Below are positions 22,901-37,900 of a stretch of 64,000 nt of DNA, one piece after another; position 1 is the first letter of the stretch; each line of letters opens with the position of its first letter. The notes under the pieces were generated by a model. That model did no database searches. It had not been told where the DNA came from and worked only from the letters and a program-made list of their open reading frames with translations. This stretch comes from Raillietiella orientalis (Eukaryota). The position numbers and the translations under genes were made by a program. The stretch covers positions 2,604,001 through 2,668,000 of the forward strand of contig JAYWIR010000023.1 of assembly GCA_036172245.1 (NCBI GenBank). Reading direction: 5' to 3'.

Positions 22901-25900
22901 ATCGGCGAGGAGGGGGGAAACTGCTTCTGAGGAGGTCTCGGACCCGCAGGCTTGCTTTCCTCGTGACGAATTCATCGGTCGCTAGGATACCTCCTCCCAT
23001 CCGTGTCTTTGGAACGAGAATTTTTCCCGCACCCCAGATCGCACGATGAGTCATTCCTGCATATGAGCCTGGAGTCGAACGGGAATCCTCTTCCTCCAGA
23101 GGGAAGCTCCCGGATGTTCCGTCTCTCCTGTGCCTGCGCGACCTCCTTCCGCTCGTCCCTCCACCGGCCAAACGAGTAGATTAGAGGAACAGCCACTGGC
23201 CTGAAGGCATCTCTCGGCTCTTTTCTCGACTGAGAGGGGCCAACCCCATTCGGATCACTGCCTTCTCGGACATCTCGGTCTTCGAGGATGCCTTCCCCCA
23301 TGGCAAGCGCTCGGATGCTCCTTGGAATTGCCAGCGGCGGAATGTGCTCTTGGTAGTCCCCGAAGCCCCTCTGCGCCTGGTGTGTTGGTTCCAAATAAAA
23401 AGGAACAGGAGGGAAGGAAGAGGGTGGGACTGGAGGAGGCATGGGCGTGGGGAAGAACAGAAATGCCACTGCACGACAAGGATTCCGGGAGCGAAGTTAC
23501 CTTCCTGGGACCCACAGGACAACATGGAGGCGACTCCGTCCACCCAACCGTGAACTTCAGTGGGCGAAGAGCAGCACTCGCTGTTGCCCGCCAAGGCAGG
23601 GGGGACAAGAGGGATGGATGGACTGCTCAGGAATTCGCATTTGCCCTTCGGACGCTCGCTCTTTCTCCGCAGCAGGATCTCCTGGAAAGGACCGTCCTCG
23701 TCCTGGAAGTGCGGTGCCTTGGATCACGCGAAGAAGTCCCTCCGTGCGGAACCGGGTCAGAATTCCTGACCTCCACAGGGAGTTCAGGAACCATTTCGGC
23801 AGCTTGGTCGAGGAGCAGAGCGCAAACCAGAATCCCACCGATGTGCTGTGCGCCGCGCCGCAGACGCGCGCTTGAGGCGAGCGACGCGCACGGAAGGGGG
23901 AGGTGGGAGGATGAGCAAGTCACCCGCCGGAGCCGCAACTCTGGAAGGAGCGAGGCAGCCAACAGTTCCACGTCGCGGTGGCCCGTGGGGAGCACGTGAA
24001 CGAACTTCCTGGAATTCTCGACAGCTTAGGGCGGGCGCAGAAGGAGGAAGATGGAGGGAAAGAAAAGATGATGGAGGAAAGCGTCTGCAGCGACCCCCAC
24101 CTCGACCGTCGAGAGGGTGCATGTGAGGCACGTCGACCCCAGACAGAGTCCCACCATCCAGTCTCCCTATGTCACTTCCGCAGGAAGCGGTACCTCAGTC
24201 AGCTTCCCGCTGTTGGGACACTTTTGCTTACTCCTCCTCCTCCTCTCCCCCGATTACTATCGGCGACCGGGACGTCCGATGACAACGAGGGATAATGTGG
24301 GGTTGCGCGCTAGGAGCGCAGCCGTCTCACAGCCTATGACTTGTAGGAAGGTGGGCGACGGCTGCCCCATTTCGCCGGAGGTTACCCATTCCCCCACCTC
24401 GTCTTCGCCTTCCTCTGAAATCTCGGTCAGGTATCCCCCTCGGTTCCCAGATGCAGGAGAGGCGGGAGGAGCTAAAGTGGCTGCGCGCTTGGCGCACCCT
24501 CTCCTGCTGGCTGGTCACGTGCTAAGAAGGTGACGAAGACCCACAGACGGGTTCGGCGTTGTTACCATAGTTGTATTCATCGTCACCATCCTCACTCCTG
24601 TGCTGTTCATCATGGTCATTGCCACCCTTCTCCTCACACCTATCCCTCGGCTCTATATCGTCACCGTCATCATTATTCTTGTTCTGTTCACCATCGTATT
24701 CGCCATTCCCCCTCCTTATATTCATCCATCTGTTCACCATTATCTTCATCGTCATCATCCTTACTCTTCTTGTCCTATTCATTATCGTCTTTTCCACCTT
24801 CCTCCTCACATCTATCCTTCCGCTCAGCATCATCGTCGTCATTCTCATCATCCTCACTCTTATCCTTCCGCTCAGCATCGTCGTCGTCATTCTCATCATA
24901 CTCACTCTTATCCTTCCGCTCATCATTTCTCCTCTCTTTCAGGGATCGGGTACGGAACCACCATCATCTGCTTCTATCTGAACGTCTACTACATCGTCAT
25001 CCTGGCATGGATCCTGTTCTACCTCTTCTCGTCGTTTACCACTTCCCTTCCCTGGGCAACCTGCGACAACTGGTGGAACACCGACCGCTGCTACACATTC
25101 GAGAACGACACGCACCTGAATGCCAACTACACCGACCCGGTGGAGGAGTTCTGGAAGTACTTCGCACACCTCCCCTCCCTCCTCTCGCGCCGGGCGTTCC
25201 CTAAGTCACCTGCGCCTGGGCCACCGCCATCTCCCGCTGCGCGTCGTGCGAGCGAGCGCCGGGAGAGCACGGTAGCTCCTGGCAAGCCGTCGCTTCCCCT
25301 GCACCCTGCAAGACCCCTCCTTCCTCGTTGCTGGGACGGCGAGGCCGCCCCTCGGGACTCACGAGTCCGGAGCAACTGTAGTCTCGAGCCGTCCTCCCGC
25401 CACCTGGGAGACGGCCGTGGCCTCGCTCTCCCAGTGGAAGGAAAGAGGCCCTCTGGGCGCGGCCCCGTGGGAGCCAATAGAAAAGGACTGAATTCCTCCG
25501 GACCTCTCGGGACGCTCCGCCGATCCGGGTGCGCACTCCTTCGCCCCTTCTCCATGTGTTTCCCGGAAATCCCCCCGCGGAAAGCGAGAAAAGGAAAGGA
25601 AGGCAACCCTGTTTTTCTATTGCAGCCACCGGGTTCTCGGAATATCGAACGGCATAGAGGAGATCGGTAGCATCCGGTGGGAGCTGATGGGGACGCTGTT
25701 CCTGGCATGGGCCGTCGTGTACTTGTGCATCTTCAAGGGAATCAAGGAAACCGGGAAGGTGGTCTACTTCACAGGTAAGCGGGAGGACAGTTGGCTGGGA
25801 CGCGTGGAGGCGGCAGGCCCTTCCTGCGTGGGTGACGCGGTTGACCCCTTGCACGGCGGACCACTCTGGCCTCCGAGACCGGCTCACCTTGTACCACCCC

Positions 25901-28900
25901 GGACGCGTGCACCTTCCAACAGAATTTCTGAGGATCCGAGCTGCTTTGGATCCACCTCATCCAGGTTGTGAGCGTGTTGGGAGCGACTCTCTCCTAAGCT
26001 TTCCCCCGGCGTCGGACCCTTCCTGTCCCGCTCCTGCCTCCTCCTTTCCTTCCGCGAGGTTTTGATTGCAGCTCCTCCAGACGTGATCCCGCGGGGCTGA
26101 CTCCTCCTCTTCCTGCCCCCCCTCGACTGCGCCTGGCTCCACGCGCTCTTCGTAGCCGGCGGTGCGGCTCGCGAGATTGCCCAGTGCAGCTTGGTCCCTT
26201 CCGAAGAGACGAGGTCACCTGTCCGACGCGCCCACAGGAAAGCATGCACGCGCGCGCAAAGGGTCGCAGCAGGAAAGGAGATGCCACCGATTCCCCACGA
26301 CTAGGCACTCTGCTTTCCCGGAAGGTCTGGCGGAACGTCATCCCACTAGACGGCCGGAAGGGGGAGGGGGGATCAGCAGCAGCCCTTCTGCGGGGCTTGT
26401 GGAAAACTCAGCGCCAGAGGACAGGGAAGCGATACGGAGGACCTCTTTAACCACATGCACCCAGCACTGGCTCCTGTCAACTCTTGCGCGTGTCTGAAGT
26501 GTGGGTACGAGCGCGATGCATGCGCTGCCCCATCCCAGAGAAAGCGCGAGGCGAATCGAACGTGGGCCTCGTTCGTTTCCCTTTCGCCCCGCTCCTGCTC
26601 CCCCTCCCTCCCTCCTTTTCCCTATGAGGCTCTCCTTTGCCCTCTTTCGATCATCTCCAGTCTCGTAAAATGTCTCGGTCAGAGAAGAGCTCCCCCTTCG
26701 GTTTGCCGTACTCTCGTGAATTCCCGCTCCCACCGCTGCTTTGGTCTTCTGGGGTTCTTCGTCGTTCTCCCATCCCCGTCACAGAGGGGAAAACGAAAAT
26801 GTTCCTTCGGGTCTTCTCACTGTCCGAGACACGGAAGCAGTGCTCCAGGAAATCCCCCTCCCCGCTTTCAGTTTCCTGCCGGCACGCGGCGGCGGCGGTG
26901 GCGGCGCTGTGCGAAGTCCCCCTTTGGCGAAAAGTGACCGTTAAATTCCGGGGCTCCCCCCAACTTGCCTTCAACCCTTGTGCGTCTTTCCTCGCGAGAA
27001 AGGGGGGGGGGGGCGCCAATTGTTCAGCAGAGCTTTGGAAGTGGAAAGCGTGCGCGTTGGGTCCCGAGGTGGCAGCAGCCCTCTCCACGAAAACAGTCTC
27101 CTGGCAACAGAGCCAGATGTTCCATAGTCCCAAGAGTTGATACCTCTTACAGCAGCACGAGCGCCAACAGACAGACGGAGAAGGCACACACATGTGGAGA
27201 TGGAGCGCATGTGTGTCACGCGGCCCTCGTACTACGTTCTGTATACACATCCCCCCTCCCTCCCCGCACACACCTGCGGGTGGCTCCGCCCAGGAAATTG
27301 GAGTCGGGAGACGAGACACTTGAGATATGGAACGCGTCTCTCCCGTCTTTCGTCTGGGCGGGAAAAGGGCAGCCAAACGGGGCAGAAAACTTCGGAAGCT
27401 GCGAGCGCACTGGAGCACGCGCGAGAGAGACCACTGGCAGGAGGCAGGGCAGACCACCTCAGCGAACCCTCGTCCAGACGACGACGGACAGACTCGGGGG
27501 ATCGTTCCACGGTTGGACGCAGGCGGCAGCTGGCTGATCTGCCCAGCCAGAGGTCGCTCCCTCGCGACGGCGACGAGGCTCGTTCCTAACCGGCGGAAGG
27601 GTTGCCAGTCCGCCTCGGTGCGCGGCTACCGCCAGCTGAGGAAGGAGGGGAAGGAGACGCTGCATAGTGTGTGCGCGGCGGCATGGAGACGGCATCAGCA
27701 TGGAGCAGCTCGAAAGGACCGGGCGGATGACGGGACTCCGGAGACCGGAAGACCAATCGGCAGGGATGGGAGGAACCCACGGCTGGACACATCTCTCGGA
27801 TCCGACCGACCATCACGCTGAGGATGCGTCCTCCCTCAGGTCTTGTCGAACGGGTTCTTCGCCGGTAGTGCCCGCCCATGTGTCTTCAGCAAACGAAGGG
27901 AGGGAAGCTCAGAACACCCAGTGGACGCTGCGGGTTCGTCTTCCGCATTGACGGCCGTTCAGCATCCGTGCGCAGCACAGAGAGCTGCGGATTCGGATGC
28001 CCGTGAAGATAGATGCAAAGGATTTGATGTGCCTTGGTTTCCTGGTCCCCCTCGCATGACGACGCTGGGATGGCTCGGGGTGTGATGCGCATCGGCAGGC
28101 AAGAATTGCTCTTATTCACAGCCAGATGCCCTGTCGACTCGTCAGGGATCTGGGAGTGACCCTCTTTCGAGGTCCTTTGCTTCCCACGTGGTGGCGATGT
28201 CGAGCCTCTCCGATCCCCCTCGGCGAACCCAAAAAGAGGAACTCGGCGCACGCGCACACACATGGAAGAGCGTAAAAGAATCAGCAAAGGCCATCCGAGA
28301 CGGGTTCTCCACGAGGCTATCACGTGATCAGAGAGGGCGGACTCGTGTCACTACAGCTGGACCTTCACGTGCCAAAGTCCGGCTATCTTTCGCGGAGCTT
28401 CCTGCAGCTCGCATCCACGCCAAAGCCTACCCTCGGGAGAGGCGAGGGGCGGAGCACGTGAACCCTTCGAATTTTCGCGGCACCGAGCTGACCCAACTGT
28501 TGGGGAAAGGGGGGAGGACAGGTCAGATACATCCTCACGAAGTAGGAGCGTGCGTGCGAGTTCGAGCCTCTGGCGGTTTGCTCCGGCGCGGCGCCGCTCG
28601 CCTCTCTGCTCCCCTTGCCTTCCACCTCCTTCCCCTCTTTGCTTCCCATCCCTTGCTTTCCCTTCCGGAAAACAGAGACTTCGCGGGACGACGACCCTTT
28701 GGCTGGAGACTGACCACTCGGAGCATCGCAGATCCGTAACCAGTTGGTGGTTCAGATGACGGCGGCGGCCGTTCGAATGAGTTGGCCACCTCCCCTGGCG
28801 TGTTTTTGCCCCTTCTCCTCCCCCGAGCCTCTCCAACGCCAGGCAGACCACTCAGCTGAGATGTCTCGGCAGGCCGGAGGGAACGATCGCCGCGGACGCC

Positions 28901-31900
28901 TGGAGGTCGTTCCAGCGGCCGGAGGGCTCTTTCTCTCGTGACGAGGCCAACCGGCCTCCCCCGCAGACGGGGAGAGTGATTCGTTCGGAAAAGTTCTCCA
29001 TTTTCCCCGCGCAACTGCGGCCACCACGTGAGCGACGGCAGAATGAAGATGGTCCAGCACCGCCTGCCCGCCACAGGCACTCCCACCCACGTCCCCCGGT
29101 CGCGCGGGCCCTCGCGAAACCTCCGCAGCCACCAGGTTTTCCGAGCTAGGAAAGGATCCACCTTTGAATGGGATGAGGGTTGAAGGTTAGGGTGGAGGAA
29201 TGCTTTCCAGGGTCACGCCTCGGAGGTTCCATTCGTTCGTTTCCCTTTCACCTCACTCCCCCCCCCCCTCCTCCCTCGATGAGGCTCTCCTTTGCCCCTT
29301 TTCGCTTAGCTCCACGTAGGGAGGTCTTGCAGAATATCGCCTCCAACGAAGGGCGCCCCCTTCGGTTTGCCATCCCCTTCAAGGGCGCGCTCGCACTGCG
29401 ACCGACGCGCCTCTCGCGGATCGGCGAAGGGTGGGGAGGAAGCAGAGAGGAAATCTGATGGCAGAGACCGCCTCGCCCGGGCTAGCGAAAGAAGTCATCC
29501 CTGTAGTGTGTGTGCGCGCCCCCTCTCCATTTCGCTTCCCGTTCGCTACCTACCGGAATCGTTGTTCGCACTCCTCGCCTCACCATCCGACTCCGGAATT
29601 TCTCCCATGCGATCGCGCGCTTCCGTCTTCCTCCTCCGAATCCCTTCGTCCCTTCCGGCTCGGAGAGGCCGGAATGAGGTGACTCGCCACAGCCGAAGAC
29701 CAGCCGCCCGCATCCGACTCCGAGTGCATACCGAAAAACGGATGCGGCAGCGACTGGAGGCTGCCAGGCAACGTGCTTCAGGCAGAAGGAACGAGGGAAA
29801 GAAGAAAAGAAAGGAAAGGAAGGTGCAGCTTGGAAACTTCGAGCACAGAGGAGGAGGGGGAGGGTTCGCCTGTTCAGCGGATTAACAGAGGAATTGACAC
29901 GAAGCGCTCACACGGATCCCCGTTCCCAAGGGAGACCCGGAAGATCAACGACTCGCGACCCCGCGTGAGAATCCGCGTCGGTGTTCTATTGGACCCGCTC
30001 GCGCACCCTCCGACCGTCGACGCTTCCTCCTCCTCGCCGGGCCGGAAACTTCGCCCCACTACGGGGGCGACCACTGCTGCTCGTCGCTCTTCCCGAAACC
30101 ATTCCGGCCTCTCCCTCGAAAAGCATCCCGAACATGTCCTTCCTCCCCCGTGCGCCGTGAGGAGGAGCTGCCACGCCTCCTTTTCACCGCTCACGAACGC
30201 AAGAGCAAGGGAGCAAGGGAATCGACTCCGTCGATAGGAGAGATGGAAAGCTCGAGGAGTCACCGGTGCGGAGGCTCGTACGCCCCTCGGGGTATCTCGT
30301 CTCTCGGAGGTCGGACCCGGGCGGCCAAAACAACTCTCAGTCGTGATCGCTCGGCTTTAGGAACAGGCAGGGAGAGGGACGACGACGAGACACAAGCCGA
30401 AAGGAGGCTCCCAGAGAACTGACCGATCGAGCCCAGCAGCATCAGCAGCAGCAAACGGGATGTTGGAACGAGAGGGAAGGAGAAAGGGAGGGAAAAGTTT
30501 CCCTGGAGGCGACGGGTACCGTCCAGGCGATGCAGTACGGACGTTTCGAATCTTGGCGCACGTCCGGGGCCGCGTGCCGCCCCTCTTCCCCGCGCCTCCT
30601 AGGAAAGAAACTCTTCCCGTGGCTCTGGAGAACACGCGGGAGGGAGGAAGGGATGTGACGTCGAAAAGTACATGACCGAGACTTCGTCGCATTCAGTGAA
30701 CGCGGCTGTCGGTACGTGGCCGCCTCTTCGCCGTCGGAGGTGACGCGCGCGGAGCGACTCCTTCCCAACCTCCCTCTCGCCGACGGCCTTCCTTCTTCCG
30801 TGGAGGAGCAAAGCGGGGCTGCTGCTGCTGCTGCCGTCTCAAACTCCCGCAGCGTCGCACCGACGACTCACATCGCGGAGGCGGCTGGAGAAACCCGAGA
30901 TGCCAACAACCGAGAGCCCTGGGGCTAGCTGGGCCTGAGGGCGAGCTGTTCGCGAGTTTGCATTCCTCACGCCGGAGCGCCAGATCCGAACCTTCACGCT
31001 CCCGTGGCCGTGGCAAAAGAGGGGGGGGGGGAAGGTTCGGGTGAACCACGAGTTACCGACCTGCCGCCCGTTTCGGTGCACACGAACCACACGCCTCACG
31101 CGGTCGCATCCTGCGCGCCCACGGCTTCCCCGTGGGAACGGCGAAAGAAAGCGGGGAAACCCGCGATGATGCTGGCGCACTGATTGGGTCAGCTTTGATG
31201 TTTTCGTTTTAGCAACCTTCCCTTATGTAATGCTCACTGTGCTTCTCATCCGCGGGATCACTCTTCCTGGAGCGTGGGAAGGACTACGGTTTTATCTGTA
31301 TCCCGACTTCTCCAAGCTCGCGGGTTCGCAGGTATGTTGTTTCTTTCGTCTTCTTTTGGCGCTGAGGGAAAACGCTCAGCTGCCCCGGTCATCTCTTTCC
31401 ACGACATCACTCGAAGGCCTGTCAAATGCCGTGCAACCAAGCGAAAATCTTTTCGCAGTTGTCGCCCCCCGCGTGATATCGCTAAGCCCTACGCTTCCCC
31501 CCCTCCGCACTTCCCATCCGCGAAATCCACCCGAACTATCGCGACCGGTCGCCTCCTCCTGCGGGAAGAGCATGCCAAGGGCACGACGAAAGGATCATCT
31601 TCTCCAGTCCGGTACTTCGTCCATGCAGCGAACTCTGCGAAGTTGCGGCAGCAGGCGTCCTCGCCTCCGCCGTCCGCAACGGGACGGCGCGTCCGGACGT
31701 GGAACGCTTCACCGATTTTTGAGTGCCTTCCCTGCGCTGGGACCGTTTCACCGGAGGTGTGTGAAGGAAGTGATGAGGTGGAGGGGCACTGCTTCGACGA
31801 CCTCGAGCTGTCGCTCGCAGAACGAAACGAAACGCGCCCACGCGGTCGGTCGGTCTTGCTCTTCGGCAGAACATCGCGGTGCTGAGATCGTTCGAATCTC

Positions 31901-34900
31901 TGCCTGCTTGACCAGTTGGTGCGACACCCTTTGTTCCCACACTGAGGGAAAAGAAGAAAAAATTCTGGAGAAAGGGGGAAAAGGGGGGACCAGTGTCCCT
32001 TTCGGGGGCTCCCTCTGTCGATGCAGGGTTTCAAAAACGCGGATCTAGTTGATGCAGAGGCATCGTGGTCCTTTTCGAGATGCATCTCCGATCATGTCGT
32101 GGCCTTAATCAACGAGGAAGGTCTGCAGCGCGCACATCAGGAAGGGTTCCGGGGACCTGAGCAAAACCACAGCAAGAAAGGAGAGCGGCCTGCACCTCCT
32201 CTCTGATCGAAGCCGATTCCAAGTTCGATTGCGACGGGGTGAGACGGAGAAAAGATCGGCAAGATCGGATCCTGGACGGAGACTTCCTGATTCGGGAGCG
32301 GCACTCAAGTCGGCAGGAGGAGCCGATTCGGCAGCATCCCTAGAACTGAGGACCTGGAGTCTTTATTTATGGAAGAATTTCTTCATTTCGGGAACAAAGC
32401 TGCACGGAGGGAGCTCGTCATCGTGTCTTCTATGAGAGAGATGCTTCGTGCTGCATTCCTGCTGCTGGAGAATCTTTTGATATCTCCCTCCCCTTTCGGA
32501 ACGAAGTTGTCCCGTAAAGGCGTTGAGGATTTTCAGGGTCTCCGCCCGCGCTCCTCCTGGTGTGCCTGGATGTTTCGGGAAGCTCTCCGCTGCGCTCGGA
32601 AATGACACCGGGGATCCTTCAGTTCGGAACCCAAAAAGACTTTGAAGAGTCATGCAAGGGGGCGAGAATGCTCTCTACTGCTCAGCAGGCACTGCTCCAT
32701 CCCGAGACCCCGTCCACCTTCCACCTGAACTGAGACCCTCAGCATCAGGGAGGGCCGAGGAGAGGCGGGATGGCAGCGCGTGCACCATGCAAATGGTTGC
32801 CAGGGGCAGACATGTTCCGTTCCGACCGTGTTTTCGTGGAACACGGGGTGGTGGTATACTCTGCAGACTCCGACTCCCCGTGCCAACAACTGCAGGAACA
32901 TTCCGAATCCTGAAAATTAATTAAAGAGTAGAGTCGCCAAACGAACGGTCGGGAGCAGCTACACATTCTAGAAATGCTCGTCCTAGGAAGGGGAGAATGT
33001 TTGTCGGGATGCGCGTGCGTTTTTTTCCAACTCGACAGGTCCTGTTCTGCTCTCACGTAGCACCAATAGATGGGATCGAATGACTGGTGGCTCTCTGGAA
33101 AATTCCAGAACTTCTCTGAATCCGTCTCTTCGTCTCTCGAATTCTCGCGGATGCTCCCGAAGAATTTCTTGGGAACTATTTTCTTTTTTTGATCGATTGG
33201 TTTGCGCATGCTCTAATCAAGAAGGAAGAACGAACCACCCGCCTTCTTCTAGACCTTGACTGGGTTAGAGGTCTCCAAGTGCTTCTGCCGTGGAAGGATC
33301 AGCCAGTCTCCGCCTTTTCCTCCTTCCATGTAAACACATTCCATTCAGTTCCTGAAGGAAAATCTCAAAGGACCTGATGTTGACTTCTTTCCATCCACGT
33401 TTCCCGTGAAGATATTGGGTGATTCTGCTGGATGCTGTACTTGACACAAAGCTCATTGCTGATGAAGGCGTTGAAGGGCGGTTCCGCGTTTGTCGTGACC
33501 TTCAATCAGAGGGATATCTGATCATTTCGACGATGATTCAGGTGACGCGCATTGTCAGTCGCCTCAGCTCCACCCAACACCTATCCATCCGATGCTCTCG
33601 TTCAAGCATGACTTCCCTCCTCATTTGGAAGAGTGAAACTTCCGGGGTCTGCTTTGCAGATTCCTATGCCTTGAACGGCTCTCTCAGGTCATTGAAATGC
33701 TTTCCAGCTCTTGTGTCGAGAGTCCTGTTCCTTCATGCAATTCGCTCGGCTGTTCTCCTGTGCATACTACAGTGAGTACTGGAACATTCCGGAACATGCG
33801 CTATGTCCTCCATGTTCCCATTGTACCTAAGGAAAGCAGCTTTTCGGAAGTTGACTCCCCGATGTGCTTCCCCATAGGACACGCCAGCTCGGAGATAAAA
33901 CGAGGCGTTCCGTGTTGTCAGATGCCAGAACGGACACGTGACTAACTGCAGCCGCGATAACATCTAAAAATAAGACATCGCAACATCTCGTTGTTGTGTC
34001 TTATTTTCACTCCGTCTCCGCGCTTATCGGTCGGAGGGACCACCTCCGCATGACTGCGAGCAGCACACCGCGCGCAGCTCACAACGGAGCCGGGTGTTGG
34101 CGCGTTTTGAAACAGAACGGGGAAAGGGTTCTTTCTTGTGCTACTACTTGTGGAAAGCAGACCTGTAGTGGACCCCTTGAGAGGAAAATAGTCTACAGTG
34201 CTTCCCTGACATCCTCTTTAGTTTCATCGATCAAAGCTAGGACAGTAGTTTTTGCTCACGGAAAGTGCATCCAGGAGGTCGCAACGCGAGCCCCATCAAG
34301 TTAATTCCAGAGCCAAAGGAATCCATCACTGAGTCTTTCGTGAAACTTGCTCTTCATCAGCCGTTTGCAGGATCCCCGTGAGGAATAGTTAGTCCGCAAA
34401 TGCATTCGTACTTGCATATGTATATGTAGGTGCATTTATTCTTCCAGATTTGCTAGCACCTTTTTCAAATTTGAAAGAGTTCATCAACAGCAGGGTTGCA
34501 CTTCTTGTACAGACTCAATCTGTCTTTAACACAAGCAGTTGGTCCTTCTTGTTAAATAGCCTCTTTTCTATTCAATTCTTTTCTTTATTTACCGCATTGC
34601 ACTAACTCCTTTGTGAAGTCTGTCTCACAAATATTTGGTTTGGTCTTTGAAGGCGTAACTTGAGAAGATTTTTTTCTGCAGTTAATGCAACGGTCGCGGT
34701 CAAGGCTTCCTCGGATGCTCGAGATCCGTCGGTCGAGGAGAACACGACAAGCCTTCAGATACAGAAATTTACAGTCCAAAAAGATCTCCTTTGAGTTGCA
34801 TAAAAGTGAATACAGTGGAATAGGCGCTCTAGATCACGGAGCGACATGTATAACTTGGCTGATTCATATAATCCCTTTTCATACCTGCTGGTATTAGCGC

Positions 34901-37900
34901 GAGCTTCTCTACGCCTCCACTGTGAACGATCTTGCGTTAGGTGAATCAGTCAGAAACAGGGAATCCATAAAGATGCTCAAGTAAAAGTTGCCGTTCTTAA
35001 GATGACCGTTAGGCTCGAACCCTATGGAAGCCTTACTTGGCTTGGAAGAGCTGGAGTCTCCAGATAACTCCAGTCTCATCAAGACTCCTGATGACGTCTT
35101 AGAACGCTCACATCATAATTTCGGGCATCTCGACTTTGACAGTGTCCTAGTGGCGCCGCTTGCCTTGAAACCAGTGTTGGAATTCAAAGAGTGAAAGACA
35201 AATGCTATGATCACCACATCCCCTTTGCTTTCGCTTTCTTCTGAAGAAAGCGTGTCGGAAAGAAATCATAACTGAACCTTAGTCGGTGCTTTCAAAAAGA
35301 CTCTCCCCACATCGGCAACCTATGGAACCCAAATCAATCGCTTTTCCATCTTGTCCTCTTGAGATGTAAAGCAGATGTAAAGCATGTTGTCTCATCGTGA
35401 CAAGTTGCGTTCTTTCCGGAGGCTCCCATCCATCTGTTTGAAGAAGAAGAAGGCTCTGAACATCTCAGAGCTTTCCTTTCTATCAGTGACTCTCGTTGTT
35501 ATCAAAAATCAAACGAAACACAAGAGTCTTTGCACTGAAAGACTACGTGGTACGCAAGAGACACCCTGGGTATGACGTAAGGTTCCAGAACTTGAAGTGT
35601 ATTGCCCTCGGTCATGAAGTCGAAAGGGAAAATCCCCAGATGGGCGTGATTTCAAACTGTTTGCGCATTCCGAGAACCTTGCTCGACTGGTCACGAGCTC
35701 ACTCAAGAGGTGAGATCCCATTTCAGAAAGCCGTCGAACCGCAAAAAAAAAAAACAATACAGTTATAATAAGAGTGGAATTTTCTTGGATGCTACTGACG
35801 AACCAGTTCTGAAGGAACAGATAAAGAAACACGAAAGAAATAAATGGACAATGGTTACACAAAAGTAGAATGAAAAAGGAGAGCATCGAATAGGCTTTGA
35901 AAAGTGTTGTTGAGAGGATGTGGACAAACAGGTCAAAATGAAATGCCAGGATTCTGTAGTACTCTTGGAATTAAATTGATTTGCACTGGAGCAACTAAGA
36001 CGATGATTGGCTTGTCAAAAGAAAGAAAGAAAAAACGTTGTTGGCAAAAACGAAAGCAGTGGTTTTCGGCTACAGAATGAAGACGACCATCTCCAAGCAT
36101 CTGTGAGCTTATCTGCACCTTTGAAAACTTACACCTGGTGAAATTTTCTGTGGGACATACTGGATTTGATTCCCCAGTGGACGAATCGGGCTTGAAATGA
36201 GAAATAAACACCCTACAGAAACGATACGAGCAGCTCGGGCGAATGAAGTTGACGTGCTTCCCCATAGGCTCAGATTTATGCAAAACTCTTTGGGGAAGGG
36301 AATATGAAAAGAGGACTCTTGGTCGTAGTTTTCAAGAAAGATCCTCCCAGTTCGATGGGATCAGATAGGACTAATTACAATGTAGACGTAGCAAATTCAA
36401 TCAAAGATTTGGATCACTAAGCAATAAGTTGTTTCTGGAGAAGCTGAGAGCACACAAAGACATGAAAGGATCAGCTGTGTTTTCAGGGAGGAAAGAGACG
36501 CAAGGAACGAACTGCAACGGGAATTTTCATGAATGAGTTCCGAAGTTTATCCGCTCCAGAGTTTGAACGTCAAAGAACTTGCAACTCTAGTTCTAAGGAC
36601 AATGGAAACGGTAGTTCCCTTGAAAGTTCCGGCAAAGTCGCAACCCTGGCTTTTTTTTCGTCATCGGGCAGATGGAATCCATCTTGAGAAGGAAGCAAAC
36701 GATACTTCGTTTTCCGATCTTAAAAAGTACAAGCATGTAGAATCAAGCGTCGAAAACGATAGATGTGAGATAATCAAGGAGTCCAAAACCGAATCCTGGT
36801 ATCCTATGATCAAAGACCTTGCAAACAAAAGAAAAGAAGCGCTGCCGAGTCCCGAGGTTAACAGGCGACAATTTGATCACCGATCTCTAGCTTTCGCAAC
36901 GCATCTTCACCAAACGAACAGAACACACATGTTAATCGCAAGAAGTAAGGAGACCTACGAATTTGTTCGGGAAAGGAACGTTTCAGATGGACGAGAGCGA
37001 GTTGCTGACTAGCATGGAATTGGATAAATGAATAGCAAAGCAAAAGGCTAAGAATGTGATAAAAACCGTCAGCCATCTCCAGTTTGGTTGCGTATCTGTC
37101 CACACTTTGCTGATGAGAGTGCGAAGACGCCTTGTTTTCAACCAGGTTTCCTTCTTCCTCTTCGCAGTTTCCCATTCTTAGGACGCAAGATCCAGTTCCT
37201 TGTGTCCGGATCAGAATTTTGTATTCCCTCGTCTTTACGGAAGGGTAGATCTGTTTAGATTTCGCACCAAAACAGCGTTCTTGAAAGGTGAGTTGAGAAT
37301 GCGCCCAGAAACCACATGCTCTCATCGAATATTGCAGCATGACTAGGCAGCTCCGCGCTTTTTGCCCTCTTGAAAAAAAAAAACCACTTCCCGCGGTCCG
37401 AGCCCAATTAGGCTTCCGAGAAACCAAAAGATAAATGGAGAGCACATCCGGACGCTCATTTCACTTAGAAGAGTACTCCACGCTCTTCTGATCGTGGGGA
37501 CACCACCAACGTTCGCGTATTCGAGATGTCGTGCGCGCGCGCCCGTGCTTTGAAACGGTGCAAGCGTCCACAGTCTTCCGCAGTTTCCTGATTTCTCGAA
37601 AACTTTGATGTGCAGCTGCTGCCCACCCAGAAACAGCCTTTTTTTGTTTCTTGTCTGCCCTTTTCAGATATGGATCGACGCCGGCACACAAGTTTTTTTT
37701 TCGTACGCTGTGGCTCTTGGATGCATGATAGCACTGGGTTCTTACAACAAATACGATAACAATTTTATAAAAGATTGCATATTAATATGCTCTTGCAACT
37801 CAGGAACGAGTCTGTATGCGGGACTCGTGATATTTAGCGTGCTGGGATTCATGGCACATCAGCAGCACGTCTCAGTGACTGCAGTAGCTGATAAAGGTGA

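Noticed and set aside
24522..24981. Hydrophobic 136-aa, Ser-rich and Met/Arg-rich ORFs
   Set aside because: These are translations of the 48-bp minisatellite, with no independent coding evidence.
17500..32900. Dozens of long overlapping Arg/Pro/Gly-rich ORFs (e.g. 20705-22294, 529 aa)
   Set aside because: Expected from very high GC. The only recognisable protein segments are the embedded SLC6 exons.
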